A stretch of DNA of 64,000 nucleotides from Promethearchaeia archaeon (GCA_029856125.1 JAHQWJ010000120.1:160001-224000); one strand, 5' to 3'. Positions 49,186-60,161 are shown, numbered from the stretch's first letter. Program-made: numbers and translations. Notes: generated by a model not told the origin, from the sequence alone.

Positions 49186-50076
49186 TTATATTTTTGCTGG
49201 TGATGCATAACAATAAGCACAATTATGCTTACACCGAAATATTCCCGAATATCCTCCAATATCTTTGGATTTAAAACAGCCACAACCCTTTCTTTGCCCT
49301 GTATCTTTAATTTTTTGAATTTTTTCTTCAATTATTCGCTCAATTTTATTGGCATCTATACAATGAGCTTGTTTTATTCCCATTGTGTCAATCAAATCTG
49401 GTTGACAGCAGGCTTTAATTTGAATATTGTATTTATTACAAATTTCCAATAGCGAGTTAAGAATTTCCTTTTTCTTAGTTAAAGATGGATCAATAGGGAG
49501 ATACCCTCTCTTTTGCAAGCGCTTATTCACTTTTAAATAGATCGTTGCAAAGGAAAATATCATTTCCTTCATTCCAAGGGCAGAAACATTTTCTATAATA
49601 TATTCGAATTTATCTAGATTACTTCTTATTCTTTTTTCATCCTTTCTTTTGTATAATATGATAGGGTCAAATCGAAAACTGATAGCTTTTGATCCAAACT
49701 CATTGATCAACCAATTTAACTGAGAAAATCTCTCTTCTAAGGATATCTTAAGATTTTGCTCTAATTCAGAAGGCGAGTTAATCGTGAATTGAAAATAATG
49801 CCCCTTATACGATCTAAAGATTTGAGTGTTATTTTTATAAGTTTTTATCCATTCTTTAAAGTTCTTACTCCACCACACCCAACATTTTACATCTTCTGTT
49901 GATAATGATACTCTGGATACTTGCTTTCGATTGAACGGATTAATTACATCCACATATCCGTTGTGAATTTTTTCCATTACCCAATCCATCAAGAACGCAG
50001 GTATATCTGTTCTACGAGAGCACGATATTATTGGGGATTGTATAATTATACTGAAATTATTTGATTTACTATCCAT
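49186..50076 (-). CDS. DUF1848 family protein
   Basis: IISCSRRTDIPAF, RFDPI, CGC..SKDIG, CKHNCAYCYA. Confidence 0.85.
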   Translation of the reverse strand: MDSKSNNFSIIIQSPIISCSRRTDIPAFLMDWVMEKIHNGYVDVINPFNRKQVSRVSLSTEDVKCWVWWSKNFKEWIKTYKNNTQIFRSYKGHYFQFTINSPSELEQNLKISLEERFSQLNWLINEFGSKAISFRFDPIILYKRKDEKRIRSNLDKFEYIIENVSALGMKEMIFSFATIYLKVNKRLQKRGYLPIDPSLTKKKEILNSLLEICNKYNIQIKACCQPDLIDTMGIKQAHCIDANKIERIIEEKIQKIKDTGQRKGCGCFKSKDIGGYSGIFRCKHNCAYCYASPAKI

Positions 50077-50097
50077 TCTTCACTTAAACTTTCGCTA

Positions 50098-50967
50098 TTA
50101 GACTAGTACTCCTATAAGATAAGACACTACTCCTACTTGCATTATTACAAAGATAAGTTTTCGTAACTTTAAGGTATTTTCCTTTGTTTGATTTTTTAAT
50201 AATGAAATTGATAAGAATACGTAGGAAATCACTGGTATTAGAATAAGTACAAGAAAAAGTGGATCCAAATACAGGCGAGAATCAATTAAAACAAAAAAGG
50301 GTAATGGATCCATAATTATTATTATGACATAAAAGACAACTGAAACCTTTGCTGCAGCTTTAAGTCCAAATTTGTTTGGTATGGAATTAATACCTAATTT
50401 TTTATCACCTTCAACATCAGCTATATCAAACATGATTTCTGAACCTAAACCAACAATAAAACCCATGAAAGCAAAGTAAATGATTATCGGTTCTAAACCT
50501 GCATCTGTAACAAGAGAACCAAATAGAATTGTTCCAGCATAAGAATAAGCAATTAAAACATTCTTTACTATTACTAATTTCTTTAGTCCCAAACTGTAGA
50601 TATAAAAAGCCGGGATACTAATTAAAGCCAAAAATAAAGCGACCCCATTTAGAAATAGAATCAGTATAAGATTGATTGTTAACAATAATATCGCAGTTAT
50701 CAAAGCTGATTTTCTACTAATTAAACCTAATACTAAAGGCCTATCACTTCTATTATTCTTAACATCAATTTCGTAATCAATGTAATCATTTATCGCAAAT
50801 GCTCCGGCTTCAGATATGAAGATAATTAAAAACCCTACAATATATTCTAATTGAAATCCTATTAAATCTCCCGTAAGTATTCCGGAAACAAAAAAACCAA
50901 TTGTTCCAAATATGCACAATTCTATTCTAATTAATTTTAAAAACCCGATTATTTTTTCCTTAAACAT
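50098..50967 (-). CDS. UbiA prenyltransferase (DGGGP synthase-like)
   Basis: INDYIDYEID..NRSDRPL, DIADVEGD, multi-TM. Confidence 0.85.
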   Translation of the reverse strand: MFKEKIIGFLKLIRIELCIFGTIGFFVSGILTGDLIGFQLEYIVGFLIIFISEAGAFAINDYIDYEIDVKNNRSDRPLVLGLISRKSALITAILLLTINLILILFLNGVALFLALISIPAFYIYSLGLKKLVIVKNVLIAYSYAGTILFGSLVTDAGLEPIIIYFAFMGFIVGLGSEIMFDIADVEGDKKLGINSIPNKFGLKAAAKVSVVFYVIIIIMDPLPFFVLIDSRLYLDPLFLVLILIPVISYVFLSISLLKNQTKENTLKLRKLIFVIMQVGVVSYLIGVLV

Positions 50968-51152
50968 ATTAATTACTCATTAAGGGTCTTAGATATTTAG
51001 TAATATAGAAATTTTTACTACTCGAAATAAACCTTTATATAATTTTTTATAAGTGAAGATTTGAAGCATTTCAGTTATGTAATCTCAAAATACAATTTTG
51101 TAGGAAGATTAACAAATTATAATTTGAATATAATAATAATTCTATTATAAAA

Positions 51153-52799
51153 ATGAATATCGTGGCTTCTAATATTATTTATTCAAAAAAGGTTGAAGTT
51201 GAGCCTTTTAATGAAATTCGAAAAATTCATGGTTCTCAAATCATTTCATCAGATTATCCCGCTTATCTTGTTGATGAAAGTAAATTGGAAGGAACTGCAG
51301 ATTGGCTATTTTTTCCAAAATCAGAAGGGGAGATAATCTCAATTATTAATTATTTAAGAGAAAAAAAAATACCTGCGTATATTAGTGCCGCTCGGACGGG
51401 AATTGTAGGTTCCAGTGTTCCTAAATGCGGTTCAATTCTTTCCATTGAAAAAATGGATAAAATGCTAGGATTTGGATTTGATGAAAATAATGGGAATTAT
51501 TTTTGCCGGTTCGAACCAGGCATTACCTTAAAAGCAATTAATGATAAAATTCTTAAGAAAGAAGTCGAAAAAGTTAAAGAACTTACTCCAAACACAATTT
51601 CACGATTTATTAAAGAAAAAAAATCTTATTATTATCCCATGGATCCAACGGAAATGTCTGCTTCAATAAGCGGTACAGTAGCAACAAATGCTTCAGGGGC
51701 AGGAACATTTAAATATGGTGCAACAAGGAAATGGGTTAAAAAAATTCGGGTTGCGTTAGCAATTGGAGAAATTCTAGAAATTCAGAGAGGGAAATATTTC
51801 GCTTCAAATGATGGAACATTTATTGTAAAACAAACTGATGGAACCGATTTAGTTTTTAAAATCCCCTCCTACAAATTCAATACTAATGTGAAAAATGCAG
51901 CAGGGATATATGCCAAACCGAATATGGATCTTATTGATTTATTTATTGGAAGTGAAGGAATATTCGGTGTTATTACAGAGGTTGAGGTATGGATTATAGA
52001 GAAACATCCATTAATCTCTAATGTTTTATTTTTTAATTCAGAGGAGAATGCTCTTGATTTTGTAAAAAAAATCCGGAATAATCAAACGGTTAGTCCTGAA
52101 TTCATAGAATATTTTTCAGGTGAATCTTTGGATCTTCTCAGAAATATTCAAAATAATAATCCCGCTTTAATAAACATGCCACAAATCCCTTTCAAAGCAA
52201 GATCGGCAATATTTTTTGATCTTCCATATTCCGAAGATAATTTGGTCTCTTACTTTGAAAAGATAGATAAGTTGGCCAAACAATGCAATACAACATTAGA
52301 AGCAAGTTGGTCGGGTTATGATAACCGAGAATTTGCACGCTTCAAGCATTTTAGACATGCTTTACCTGAAACTGTGAATTCCATTATTGCGGAACGTAAA
52401 AGACAATATCCTGATTTACACAAATTAGGCACAGATATGTGTGTTCCAGAAGAAAAATTTGGCGAGATGATGAAATATTATCATTCTGTTTTACGGGAAG
52501 CAACATTAGAGTATGTGATTTTTGGCCATATAGGTGATAATCACGTTCATCTTAACATTCTCCCTAGAAATACTAAAGAACTAAAACTCGGTGTAAAAAT
52601 TTACGAGCAGTTTGCAAAAAAAGCAGTCGAGTACGGTGGAAGTGTTTCTGCTGAGCACGGAATTGGAAAAATAAAAGTGGATTTCTTAAAAATCATGTAT
52701 AATGAGAAGGAAATTGAACAGATGCGGACTGTTAAAAGAGCTCTCGATCCTTTACTACTATTCAATTGTGGAAATATTTTTGAAATGAAGGGTGTATAA
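51153..52799 (+). CDS. FAD-linked oxidase (D-lactate/glycolate dehydrogenase, LctD/GlcD-like)
   Basis: DPT..SASISG..ATNASG, GSEGIFGVIT, GHIGDNHVH, SAEHGIGK. Confidence 0.88.
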   Translation: MNIVASNIIYSKKVEVEPFNEIRKIHGSQIISSDYPAYLVDESKLEGTADWLFFPKSEGEIISIINYLREKKIPAYISAARTGIVGSSVPKCGSILSIEKMDKMLGFGFDENNGNYFCRFEPGITLKAINDKILKKEVEKVKELTPNTISRFIKEKKSYYYPMDPTEMSASISGTVATNASGAGTFKYGATRKWVKKIRVALAIGEILEIQRGKYFASNDGTFIVKQTDGTDLVFKIPSYKFNTNVKNAAGIYAKPNMDLIDLFIGSEGIFGVITEVEVWIIEKHPLISNVLFFNSEENALDFVKKIRNNQTVSPEFIEYFSGESLDLLRNIQNNNPALINMPQIPFKARSAIFFDLPYSEDNLVSYFEKIDKLAKQCNTTLEASWSGYDNREFARFKHFRHALPETVNSIIAERKRQYPDLHKLGTDMCVPEEKFGEMMKYYHSVLREATLEYVIFGHIGDNHVHLNILPRNTKELKLGVKIYEQFAKKAVEYGGSVSAEHGIGKIKVDFLKIMYNEKEIEQMRTVKRALDPLLLFNCGNIFEMKGV

Positions 52800-52802
52800 G
52801 AA

Positions 52803-53618
52803 GTGAAAATCATCGTTACAATCAAACAAGTTCCTGAAGCAGATAAAGTTGCAGTAAATCAGGAAACTGGGACTTTAATAAGAGAGGGAGTTGAATCTAT
52901 TCTCAATCCATTTTGTGAGTATGCCTTAGACATGGCTGTTAAAATCCGGGACGAGAATCCGGATATTGTTGTTGAAATAAATGCAATTTCAATGGGACCT
53001 CCTCAAGCAAAGATGGCGTTATTGCGTTGTTTGGAACTGGGAGCTGATAAAGCTTTTTTATTGTCAGATTTAGCATTTGCAGGTTCAGATGTTTGGGCAA
53101 CTGCTTTAACATTAAAAGAAGGTATACGGAAATTTTTACCTAATTTTGATTTGATATTATGCGGAAAGCACGCTATTGACGGAGATACAGCACAAGTTCC
53201 AGCGGAATTAGCCGAAAATTTAGGTATTCCTCAAATTTTTTATGGAATTGATGCAAAAGTCGAAAAGAAAAAGATTAGAGTTAAAAAAGAAACCGAAAAT
53301 GGTTTTCAAATCATTGAAACCCGAACACCCGCTTTAATAACAATTAGTAAAGGCCCCTCTAATATTCGCAGACTTCCATCAATGAAAAATATAATTGAAG
53401 CACGAAATAAGCCGTTAGAGACCATTACTGCTGATAAATTGGACATAGAAAAAGAAAAATTAGGATTAAATGGATCTTATACACAAGTAATTAACATTTT
53501 TGCGCCCCCTATAAAAGAAACAGGAAAGATTATTGATGGAAGCGATCCTGGTAAAGCAGCTGAACAGATGATGGCATTTCTAAGGGAAAGAAAATTGATA
53601 AAATTTGAGGTAGACTGA
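52803..53618 (+). CDS. etfB: Electron transfer flavoprotein beta subunit
   Basis: IKQVP, NPFC, SMGPP, GSDVWAT, GKHAIDGDTAQV. Confidence 0.95.
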   Translation: MKIIVTIKQVPEADKVAVNQETGTLIREGVESILNPFCEYALDMAVKIRDENPDIVVEINAISMGPPQAKMALLRCLELGADKAFLLSDLAFAGSDVWATALTLKEGIRKFLPNFDLILCGKHAIDGDTAQVPAELAENLGIPQIFYGIDAKVEKKKIRVKKETENGFQIIETRTPALITISKGPSNIRRLPSMKNIIEARNKPLETITADKLDIEKEKLGLNGSYTQVINIFAPPIKETGKIIDGSDPGKAAEQMMAFLRERKLIKFEVD

Positions 53619-53624
53619 TTTAAA

Positions 53625-54839
53625 ATGCTAGAAATCAATGAAGAAAATTGCATTGGGTGTAAAATTTGTGAAACAGTCTGCCCATTTGGTGCAATAATTG
53701 TTGATCCTGAAGATAATAAAGCTAAAGTCTTGGACACTTGTACTCTGTGTGGAGCCTGCGTAAACGCATGTAGATATGATGCACTCACTATCAAACGCAA
53801 AATAGCTTCAAAGGAAGATTTAGAAAAATATAGCGGAATTATGATTTGGGGCGAATTGGAGGAAGATGAGGTCGAGAATCTACAATTAAAAAATGTGGTT
53901 TTTGAACTCTTAGGAAAAGCTCAAGAATTAAATAAAGCACTTAATGAAAAAATATCTGTTGTTGTCCTCGGGCCTCCGGGAAAAATTCCACCGATCGATA
54001 TATTATATCACTATGGAGCCGATGAAGTTTTTTTATGTGAGCACGAACTACTTGAAAATTACTCGACCGATGGTTTTACAACCGCTATTACAACATTAAT
54101 TATTAATGAGAAACCGTCGATATTTTTCTACGGTGCTACAGTTAATGGGCGTGATTTAGCACCCAGAATTGCAGCAAGAATTGCAGCTGGCTTAACCGCT
54201 GATTGTACTGCATTTGACATAAATAAAGAAAAGCAGCTTGTTCAAACCCGACCTGCATTCGGGGGAAATATTATGGCTTCAATTATATCCCCATTTACAA
54301 GACCTCAAATGGCAACCGCAAGACCTAATAATTTCCAAAAACCAATAAAAGATACTTCCCGAAAGGGAAACCTTAAAAAATTTGAAGTTAAAATTGAAAA
54401 ACAAACCATCAGAACGAAAATTATTAAAGAAACAATTTCCAAAGTTGATACAATAAATATTGAAGAAGCCGATATTCTCGTTTCTGCAGGAAAGGGAATC
54501 GGAAATAAAGAAAACCTAGGATTAGTACAAGAATTGGCGCGAGAAATAAAAGGAATAATGTCAAGCTCCCGTGCTTTAGTTGAACTCGGCTGGACATCTC
54601 ATCCCATACAAGTTGGTCAATCAGGAAAAACTGTAAGCCCAAAATTATATATCGCCTTAGGAATTAGCGGAGCGATACAACATTTAGTTGGAATGAAAAG
54701 CAGCGATGTATTAATTGCAATAAATACAGATCCTGAAGCCCCAATATTTAAAGTAGCTGATTTTGGAATAGTAGGTGACATTTTTGAAATTATACCTCAA
54801 TTTCTTAAACAACTGCATTCTGAACGGAGGAAAAGTTAG
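53625..54839 (+). CDS. etfA: Electron transfer flavoprotein alpha subunit with N-terminal 2x[4Fe-4S] ferredoxin
   Basis: CIGCKICETVCP and CTLCGACVNAC; GLTADC, RPAFGGN, QVGQSGK, GISGAIQH. Confidence 0.95.
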   Translation: MLEINEENCIGCKICETVCPFGAIIVDPEDNKAKVLDTCTLCGACVNACRYDALTIKRKIASKEDLEKYSGIMIWGELEEDEVENLQLKNVVFELLGKAQELNKALNEKISVVVLGPPGKIPPIDILYHYGADEVFLCEHELLENYSTDGFTTAITTLIINEKPSIFFYGATVNGRDLAPRIAARIAAGLTADCTAFDINKEKQLVQTRPAFGGNIMASIISPFTRPQMATARPNNFQKPIKDTSRKGNLKKFEVKIEKQTIRTKIIKETISKVDTINIEEADILVSAGKGIGNKENLGLVQELAREIKGIMSSSRALVELGWTSHPIQVGQSGKTVSPKLYIALGISGAIQHLVGMKSSDVLIAINTDPEAPIFKVADFGIVGDIFEIIPQFLKQLHSERRKS

Positions 54840-54882
54840 TACTTAATTTAATTTTTTAAACCTTGTAATATTTAAGATTAAT

Positions 54883-55908
54883 ATGATTCCTTCAATTGAA
54901 TGGACCCTCGACAACAAAGTTAAGATGATAGATCAAACTCTACTACCATATAAACTTGAGTTTTTAGAGTTTGACGATTTTAGAGCTGTCGCAAATTCTA
55001 TCAAAGTCATGAATATCAGAGGTGCCCCGGCAATAGGTGTAGCAGCAGCAATGGGTATGGCGTTAGCTACGATAGAATATAAAGAATTAGTAAAAGATAA
55101 ATTCCTTATTAAAATGGAGGAAGCTGCTGATGTAATACGCAGTACAAGACCTACAGCATCCAACTTATTTTGGGCAATAAATAGAATCTTGAAGATAATC
55201 AAAGAATTCCCTGATAATCCCTCGAATATATCTGATCTTGTCATTGAAGAGGTAAAAATAATGGCACAAGAGGATATCAACGTTAATAAAAATATCGGTA
55301 AAAATGGTGCTTCCCTATTAAAAGATGGAGATGTCGTTTTAACTCATTGCAACGCGGGATCTTTAGCAACTGTTCAATATGGGACTGCTTTAGCACCCAT
55401 CAGAGCAGCAATTGAAGAGGGTAAAAATATAAGCGTCATCGCTGATGAAACAAGACCGAGATTACAAGGCGCGAGATTGACGGCGTATGAACTCCAATAC
55501 GACAAAATCCCCGTAAAAGTAATTTCAGACACATCCTCAGGATTGTTGATGATGCTTGGAAAAGTGGATAAGGTAATTGTAGGGACCGATAGAGTTACAT
55601 CAGACGCGGTGTTTAATAAGATTGGCACGTATCTAGTAGCTTTAGCTGCAAAAGATAATAATATTCCTTTCTATGTTGCTGCTCCATCTTCTACACTCTC
55701 ACTTTACGAAACAATTAAAGATGTTACAATTGAACAAAGAGACAGTAATGAAGTATGTAACATATTAGGAAAAGTGCAAATCGTTCCTGAGGGTGTCGAG
55801 TGTTTAAATTATGCGTTTGATATAACCCCCTTTAAATTAGTGACTGGTTTTATTACAGAAGACGGTGTTTTCTCACCAGGAGAATTATTAAAAAAGTACA
55901 AGGTTTAA
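54883..55908 (+). CDS. mtnA: Methylthioribose-1-phosphate isomerase (eIF2B-like family)
   Basis: DQTLLP, RGAPAIG, RPTA, THCNAGSLAT, ETRPRLQGARLT, NKIGTY. Confidence 0.88.
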   Translation: MIPSIEWTLDNKVKMIDQTLLPYKLEFLEFDDFRAVANSIKVMNIRGAPAIGVAAAMGMALATIEYKELVKDKFLIKMEEAADVIRSTRPTASNLFWAINRILKIIKEFPDNPSNISDLVIEEVKIMAQEDINVNKNIGKNGASLLKDGDVVLTHCNAGSLATVQYGTALAPIRAAIEEGKNISVIADETRPRLQGARLTAYELQYDKIPVKVISDTSSGLLMMLGKVDKVIVGTDRVTSDAVFNKIGTYLVALAAKDNNIPFYVAAPSSTLSLYETIKDVTIEQRDSNEVCNILGKVQIVPEGVECLNYAFDITPFKLVTGFITEDGVFSPGELLKKYKV

Positions 55909-55953
55909 TAATAATAGAATAAGATATGTGATTTCACTCGGAATGATATAGAC

Positions 55954-56202
55954 ATGAAGTTTAATAAAAAACAAAAGGATACACTTTTTAAAATTCTTCT
56001 TACTAGTGAGATCGAACTCTTATGTTACCTTCTCTATTTGATTATATCTATCAATTTAGGCGATTTTATCTGGACACCTGAAATGTTAAGATCATCTTTA
56101 ACTGGTTTTTTCATTCAATTTCTCAAACTCGTGTTTCTTCTTAATGGAGTAATCTTGTTTCTATACATCGTAGTTTTTTTGATCTTTTTACTCAAAAGCT
56201 AA
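55954..56202 (+). CDS. Small two-TM membrane protein
   Basis: 82 aa, two hydrophobic helices. Confidence 0.45.
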   Translation: MKFNKKQKDTLFKILLTSEIELLCYLLYLIISINLGDFIWTPEMLRSSLTGFFIQFLKLVFLLNGVILFLYIVVFLIFLLKS

Positions 56203-57182
56203 TTGGAAGTAATTAGATTTCTTAATTCCTCTAAGTTTCTTGTTTTTGAGATTCGCGTTCTTAAACTAATTGCACCCTCAATATTTTTTGTAAACCATAT
56301 TGCATTTCTTCTCAATTCCATAAGCTTAAACTTCTCATGGGAAAAAGGCATATCGATCGTATCGTCTAAAAACTCATCAACGCATTCTTCGTACAACTTG
56401 AGGTATTTTCTCGCTTTAGAGAAACTAGTTTCGTGTTTAGATTCTATTCCCCTTGAAAAACATTGACTGATATGTTGAAAGATTTCTGGATTTCCCATTG
56501 ATGCTCTCCCAATCATAATGGCATCAACATTAGTAAGTTCTAAGAATTTTTTTGCAGTTAACCCGCCATAGATATTTCCATTTCCAACCACAGGAATCTT
56601 GACTAATGATTTTATTTTCTTTATAGTATTTAGGTCAAGGGTTGAGTCAAGGTATCGGTCTTTTACTGTTCTTCCATGAATTGTTAGGAAGTCAATACCT
56701 GAACGATTCACAATATCAGCTATTTTTTCGATATTATTTGTATTATTAAAGCCGGTTCTTATCTTAAGAGAAACGGGTCGTGAAGAATATTTTACCGAAG
56801 CCTTGAGCAAAGTTTCTAATACATCGAGATTCTTGAGGAGATAGCCCCCTTCTTCAGCTTTTATCGCTCTTCTAGAGGGACAACCTGCATTGATATCTAA
56901 GACATCGAATTGATAGCTTTCCAGAAAGTCAATGGAACTTTTTAAAGCGTCTAAATCTGAACCAATTAATTGTACGCTTACCGGTCTTTCTTCCTCTATT
57001 TTGTGTAAATATCTTAAAACGCTTCTGGAATGAGTTTCAATCCTTTTAGTATAAAGCATTGGGACGCACACTAACCCGATATTGCCGAATTTTCTACAAA
57101 ACCGCCTAAATGGCGCCGTAGATACTTGTAACATAGGGGCTAAAATTAAATTATTTTCTAAAAAGAGCGGTCCTAATTTCAT
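56199..57182 (-). CDS. tRNA-dihydrouridine synthase family
   Basis: LAPM, DINAGCP, KIRTG, HGRT, GNG, MIGR. Confidence 0.9.
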   Translation of the reverse strand: MKLGPLFLENNLILAPMLQVSTAPFRRFCRKFGNIGLVCVPMLYTKRIETHSRSVLRYLHKIEEERPVSVQLIGSDLDALKSSIDFLESYQFDVLDINAGCPSRRAIKAEEGGYLLKNLDVLETLLKASVKYSSRPVSLKIRTGFNNTNNIEKIADIVNRSGIDFLTIHGRTVKDRYLDSTLDLNTIKKIKSLVKIPVVGNGNIYGGLTAKKFLELTNVDAIMIGRASMGNPEIFQHISQCFSRGIESKHETSFSKARKYLKLYEECVDEFLDDTIDMPFSHEKFKLMELRRNAIWFTKNIEGAISLRTRISKTRNLEELRNLITSN

Positions 57183-57326
57183 TTTATTTGTAAAGTATTA
57201 TTTTCTTATCTTTTACTTTCCATAAACAAGAATTTTTTAAGAAACTTCAATTTATCTAATTTAGAAAGAATAAGTTTAATCTATATTACTAAAGAACTAT
57301 ATTATATTCTCGAACAATTACTTAAA

Positions 57327-57830
57327 ATGTCAGATAACTTAAAGGAGTACGTTTTTAAGGTAAAACCAACTGAAATTACGTATATGGAAAAAGATCCACT
57401 AGAATTAAAAAAGGATTTTATTTTCTTTCACAATAAAATAAAATTTAGGAAGGAAATTACTCGATTACAAAATATATTTAAAGAATATACAAAAATCGCG
57501 CTTCAAGCTTCTGGAATACGAGATTCCTATTTAAAGGAAGAGTTTTCAGAGACTTTCTATATCATCGTTTTTACTACTCACGAGGTTGTTAGAAAAACTA
57601 ACGAAATTATTGAACCGCATCGTCATATCGATTTAAAGACAGGATGTTATTATCTAGAATCGACATCTGAGTATATACTTTTACTTGCAAAAGATTTAGG
57701 TGGGGTAAAATCTGGAGTAATTACGATGGAAGATATCTTTTATCAAACTTTTGAAGATCATTTCGCTCAGAAAAATACTGATGACTACGTAAAAATTAGA
57801 TCGTTTAAACTTTTTAATTGTATTGAATAA
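57327..57830 (+). CDS. Stand-alone GH20 domain-2-like protein
   Basis: GCYYLE...ILLLAKDLGGVKSGVITMEDI resembles the EGYxL...GxFYGxQTL motif. Confidence 0.5.
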   Translation: MSDNLKEYVFKVKPTEITYMEKDPLELKKDFIFFHNKIKFRKEITRLQNIFKEYTKIALQASGIRDSYLKEEFSETFYIIVFTTHEVVRKTNEIIEPHRHIDLKTGCYYLESTSEYILLLAKDLGGVKSGVITMEDIFYQTFEDHFAQKNTDDYVKIRSFKLFNCIE

Positions 57831-57870
57831 TCTGCTCACTAAATTTAAGAAATTAAATAAAAAAAGTTAT

Positions 57871-59592
57871 TTATTTTACATATTGCCACGGTTTTTGTTT
57901 TCTGAGTTTGTACGCTTTTTTAGCGTATTCTTTCATCATCCGATTTGTGTTGAAAAAGGCTGCTAAAGCTATAGCATTCTTACTTCTAAACAACCAATCT
58001 TCGTGGTTTAAATAAGTTGGTATAATTTCATTTTCGAGAACCTCATAAATTGCTTTCGAATCAACATCCCAATCATTAGAAACTCCAGAATCATTCGGAT
58101 TTGAGTCATCTGGACCAATTGCCCAACCTGCCATAGGATTCTTATGATACCCTTCTAACCACCAACCATCCTGAACGCTGAAATTCAAAACACCATTTAA
58201 TGCTGCTTTCATACCACTTGTGCCACTTGCTTCTCGATATCTCTCAGGAGTATTGAGCCAAACGTCACATCCAGATACTAGCATGTGAGATATATCCATG
58301 TTATAATTCTCCATCATCACAACCTTCACTCCATAATTATCATAGAGATATTCACCAGCCTTATAGATTTCCTTAATATAATCCTTTCCCTTTGTGTCCT
58401 TGGGGTGAGCTTTTCCGGCAAATATGAATTGAATTTTGTCTTTACAGATACTTCCAAGTCTATCAATATCCTTAAATATTAAAGTAGCTCTTTTATAAGT
58501 AGCGAATCTTCGAGCAAATCCAATAGTAATGCGTTCCTCGTCTAAAAGATTCCAACTGTGTCCCTTCTGATAGTTGATTAGATTAAATTTGTTCTCGATA
58601 TGCGCATCAAATATATCCAAGTCATCAAGTTCAATTGCATTTTGAAGAATTGACGGATTTGCTTTCCAATTAGGCCATTTCTTATTAAAGATATGGCGAA
58701 ATGGGCGACTAACCCAAAATCCTAAATGAATCCCGTTTGTAATTGAATCGACTTCATATTGAGGAAACATTTTTCTGGATATATCACCATGTTTTTTTGC
58801 AACTCCATTTCTGTATCGAGAAAGCCCCATCCCTAGATAAGTCATGTTAAATTGACCGTTATCCTCTGCAATTTTGCTTATTTCCGAAGGCATCCTATTT
58901 TCAAATACTTTATCAACCAAATCTAGATTAAATCTATCGTGTCCGGCTGGTACAGGAGTGTGAGTGGTGAATACAACTTTGTCCCTTACTTTGTCAAGAT
59001 CCCCGTTTAACATATCATAAAGTTCCACAATAGAAAAAGAGCCGTGTCCTTCGTTTAGATGGTAGGTTTCTATGTTGTTGTATCCCTGAGAATTTAAAAG
59101 TTTCACGCCTCCAATTCCGAGTATCATTTCTTGCACAATTCTATTCCAACGAGATGTGGAATCGTACAATGAACCCGTCATTTTTTTCATCCAATCTTCG
59201 TTGCCTTCAATATCTGTAGTTAATAAATAAATTGGAAGTATATGACCTGATTGACCCATTACTTTGTATAGCCAAGCTGATACTAAAACTTCTTTGTCTT
59301 CAATTTTTATCGATATTGGTTTTTCAACTTTTTCAAACTCGTAAAAAAAGTTCCATTCAATTTCTTTTTCTTTTTGTTCTCCATGTTCATTGAAGAACTG
59401 ATAAAAATAGCCAGAACTATAACACAAACATAATCCTACCATAGGAAGCTCTAAATCTGCTGCAGATCTAACTGTGTCACCAGACAATACTCCCAATCCG
59501 CCACTATAAGTTGGAATGCTTGAGTCTACAGCGATTTCCATCGAAATATATGCAACTTGAGTGCTATTTTTCAAATCTTTGTCAACTTCCAT
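57871..59592 (-). CDS. glgP: Alpha-glucan (glycogen/maltodextrin) phosphorylase
   Basis: YSGGLGVL, NEGH, TTHTPVPAGHD, ARRFATYKR, EASGTSGMKA. Confidence 0.95.
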   Translation of the reverse strand: MEVDKDLKNSTQVAYISMEIAVDSSIPTYSGGLGVLSGDTVRSAADLELPMVGLCLCYSSGYFYQFFNEHGEQKEKEIEWNFFYEFEKVEKPISIKIEDKEVLVSAWLYKVMGQSGHILPIYLLTTDIEGNEDWMKKMTGSLYDSTSRWNRIVQEMILGIGGVKLLNSQGYNNIETYHLNEGHGSFSIVELYDMLNGDLDKVRDKVVFTTHTPVPAGHDRFNLDLVDKVFENRMPSEISKIAEDNGQFNMTYLGMGLSRYRNGVAKKHGDISRKMFPQYEVDSITNGIHLGFWVSRPFRHIFNKKWPNWKANPSILQNAIELDDLDIFDAHIENKFNLINYQKGHSWNLLDEERITIGFARRFATYKRATLIFKDIDRLGSICKDKIQFIFAGKAHPKDTKGKDYIKEIYKAGEYLYDNYGVKVVMMENYNMDISHMLVSGCDVWLNTPERYREASGTSGMKAALNGVLNFSVQDGWWLEGYHKNPMAGWAIGPDDSNPNDSGVSNDWDVDSKAIYEVLENEIIPTYLNHEDWLFRSKNAIALAAFFNTNRMMKEYAKKAYKLRKQKPWQYVK

Positions 59593-59789
59593 AATTAATC
59601 ATTTCTCTCTTGTGTTTTAAATTTGAGTTACGATTTCTTTTATTTAATACTATCTATATTATTTTTAAAACTCTTGTTTTAAAATTTTATGTTAATACGA
59701 ATAACATGTAAGTATCAATTTTGTATGAATTAAATTAGGTTTAAAACTAGGGATTGTCGAGAAAATAATAAAAAAATATTAAATCATAG

Positions 59790-60161
59790 CTATTCTTCAT
59801 CAAGTTTTACTGTTGGACTTTCAAGATTGATTTTTTTTGAAATTCCGTGAGTATCCAATCCATTAATATCAAGCTTAGCTAATTTTTTCATAAAATCTTT
59901 ATTTTCAAAATTAGGAATACTATTTATGAGATTTGGCGCAGGTAATGAATTAATTAGGTTTGGCCTTAATAATGTATTCTTATGGGTGAGGTATTCTTCA
60001 CTTTGTTTTTTATTTTCAATATGATTTTTAAAGAATGGATTTTCGGGTCTCAAGTTTTCGATTTTAGCAGGATTTTTAACTATTGGAGAGTTAGGGATAG
60101 TAGATTTCGATATTCGGCAAATAGGGCAGTTATTATTATCCAAACCGTGTATGCATGACAT
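59790..60161 (-). CDS. Hypothetical protein with N-terminal CxH-x6-CxxC zinc knuckle
   Basis: MSCIHGLDNNNCPIC followed by an N/P-rich low-complexity region. Confidence 0.55.
   Translation of the reverse strand: MSCIHGLDNNNCPICRISKSTIPNSPIVKNPAKIENLRPENPFFKNHIENKKQSEEYLTHKNTLLRPNLINSLPAPNLINSIPNFENKDFMKKLAKLDINGLDTHGISKKINLESPTVKLDEE

Noticed and set aside
49186-50076. DUF1848 (CxxxCxxC) as a radical-SAM maturase for the micro-peptides
   Set aside because: It lies 33 kb away, belongs to a widespread family, and there is no linkage evidence
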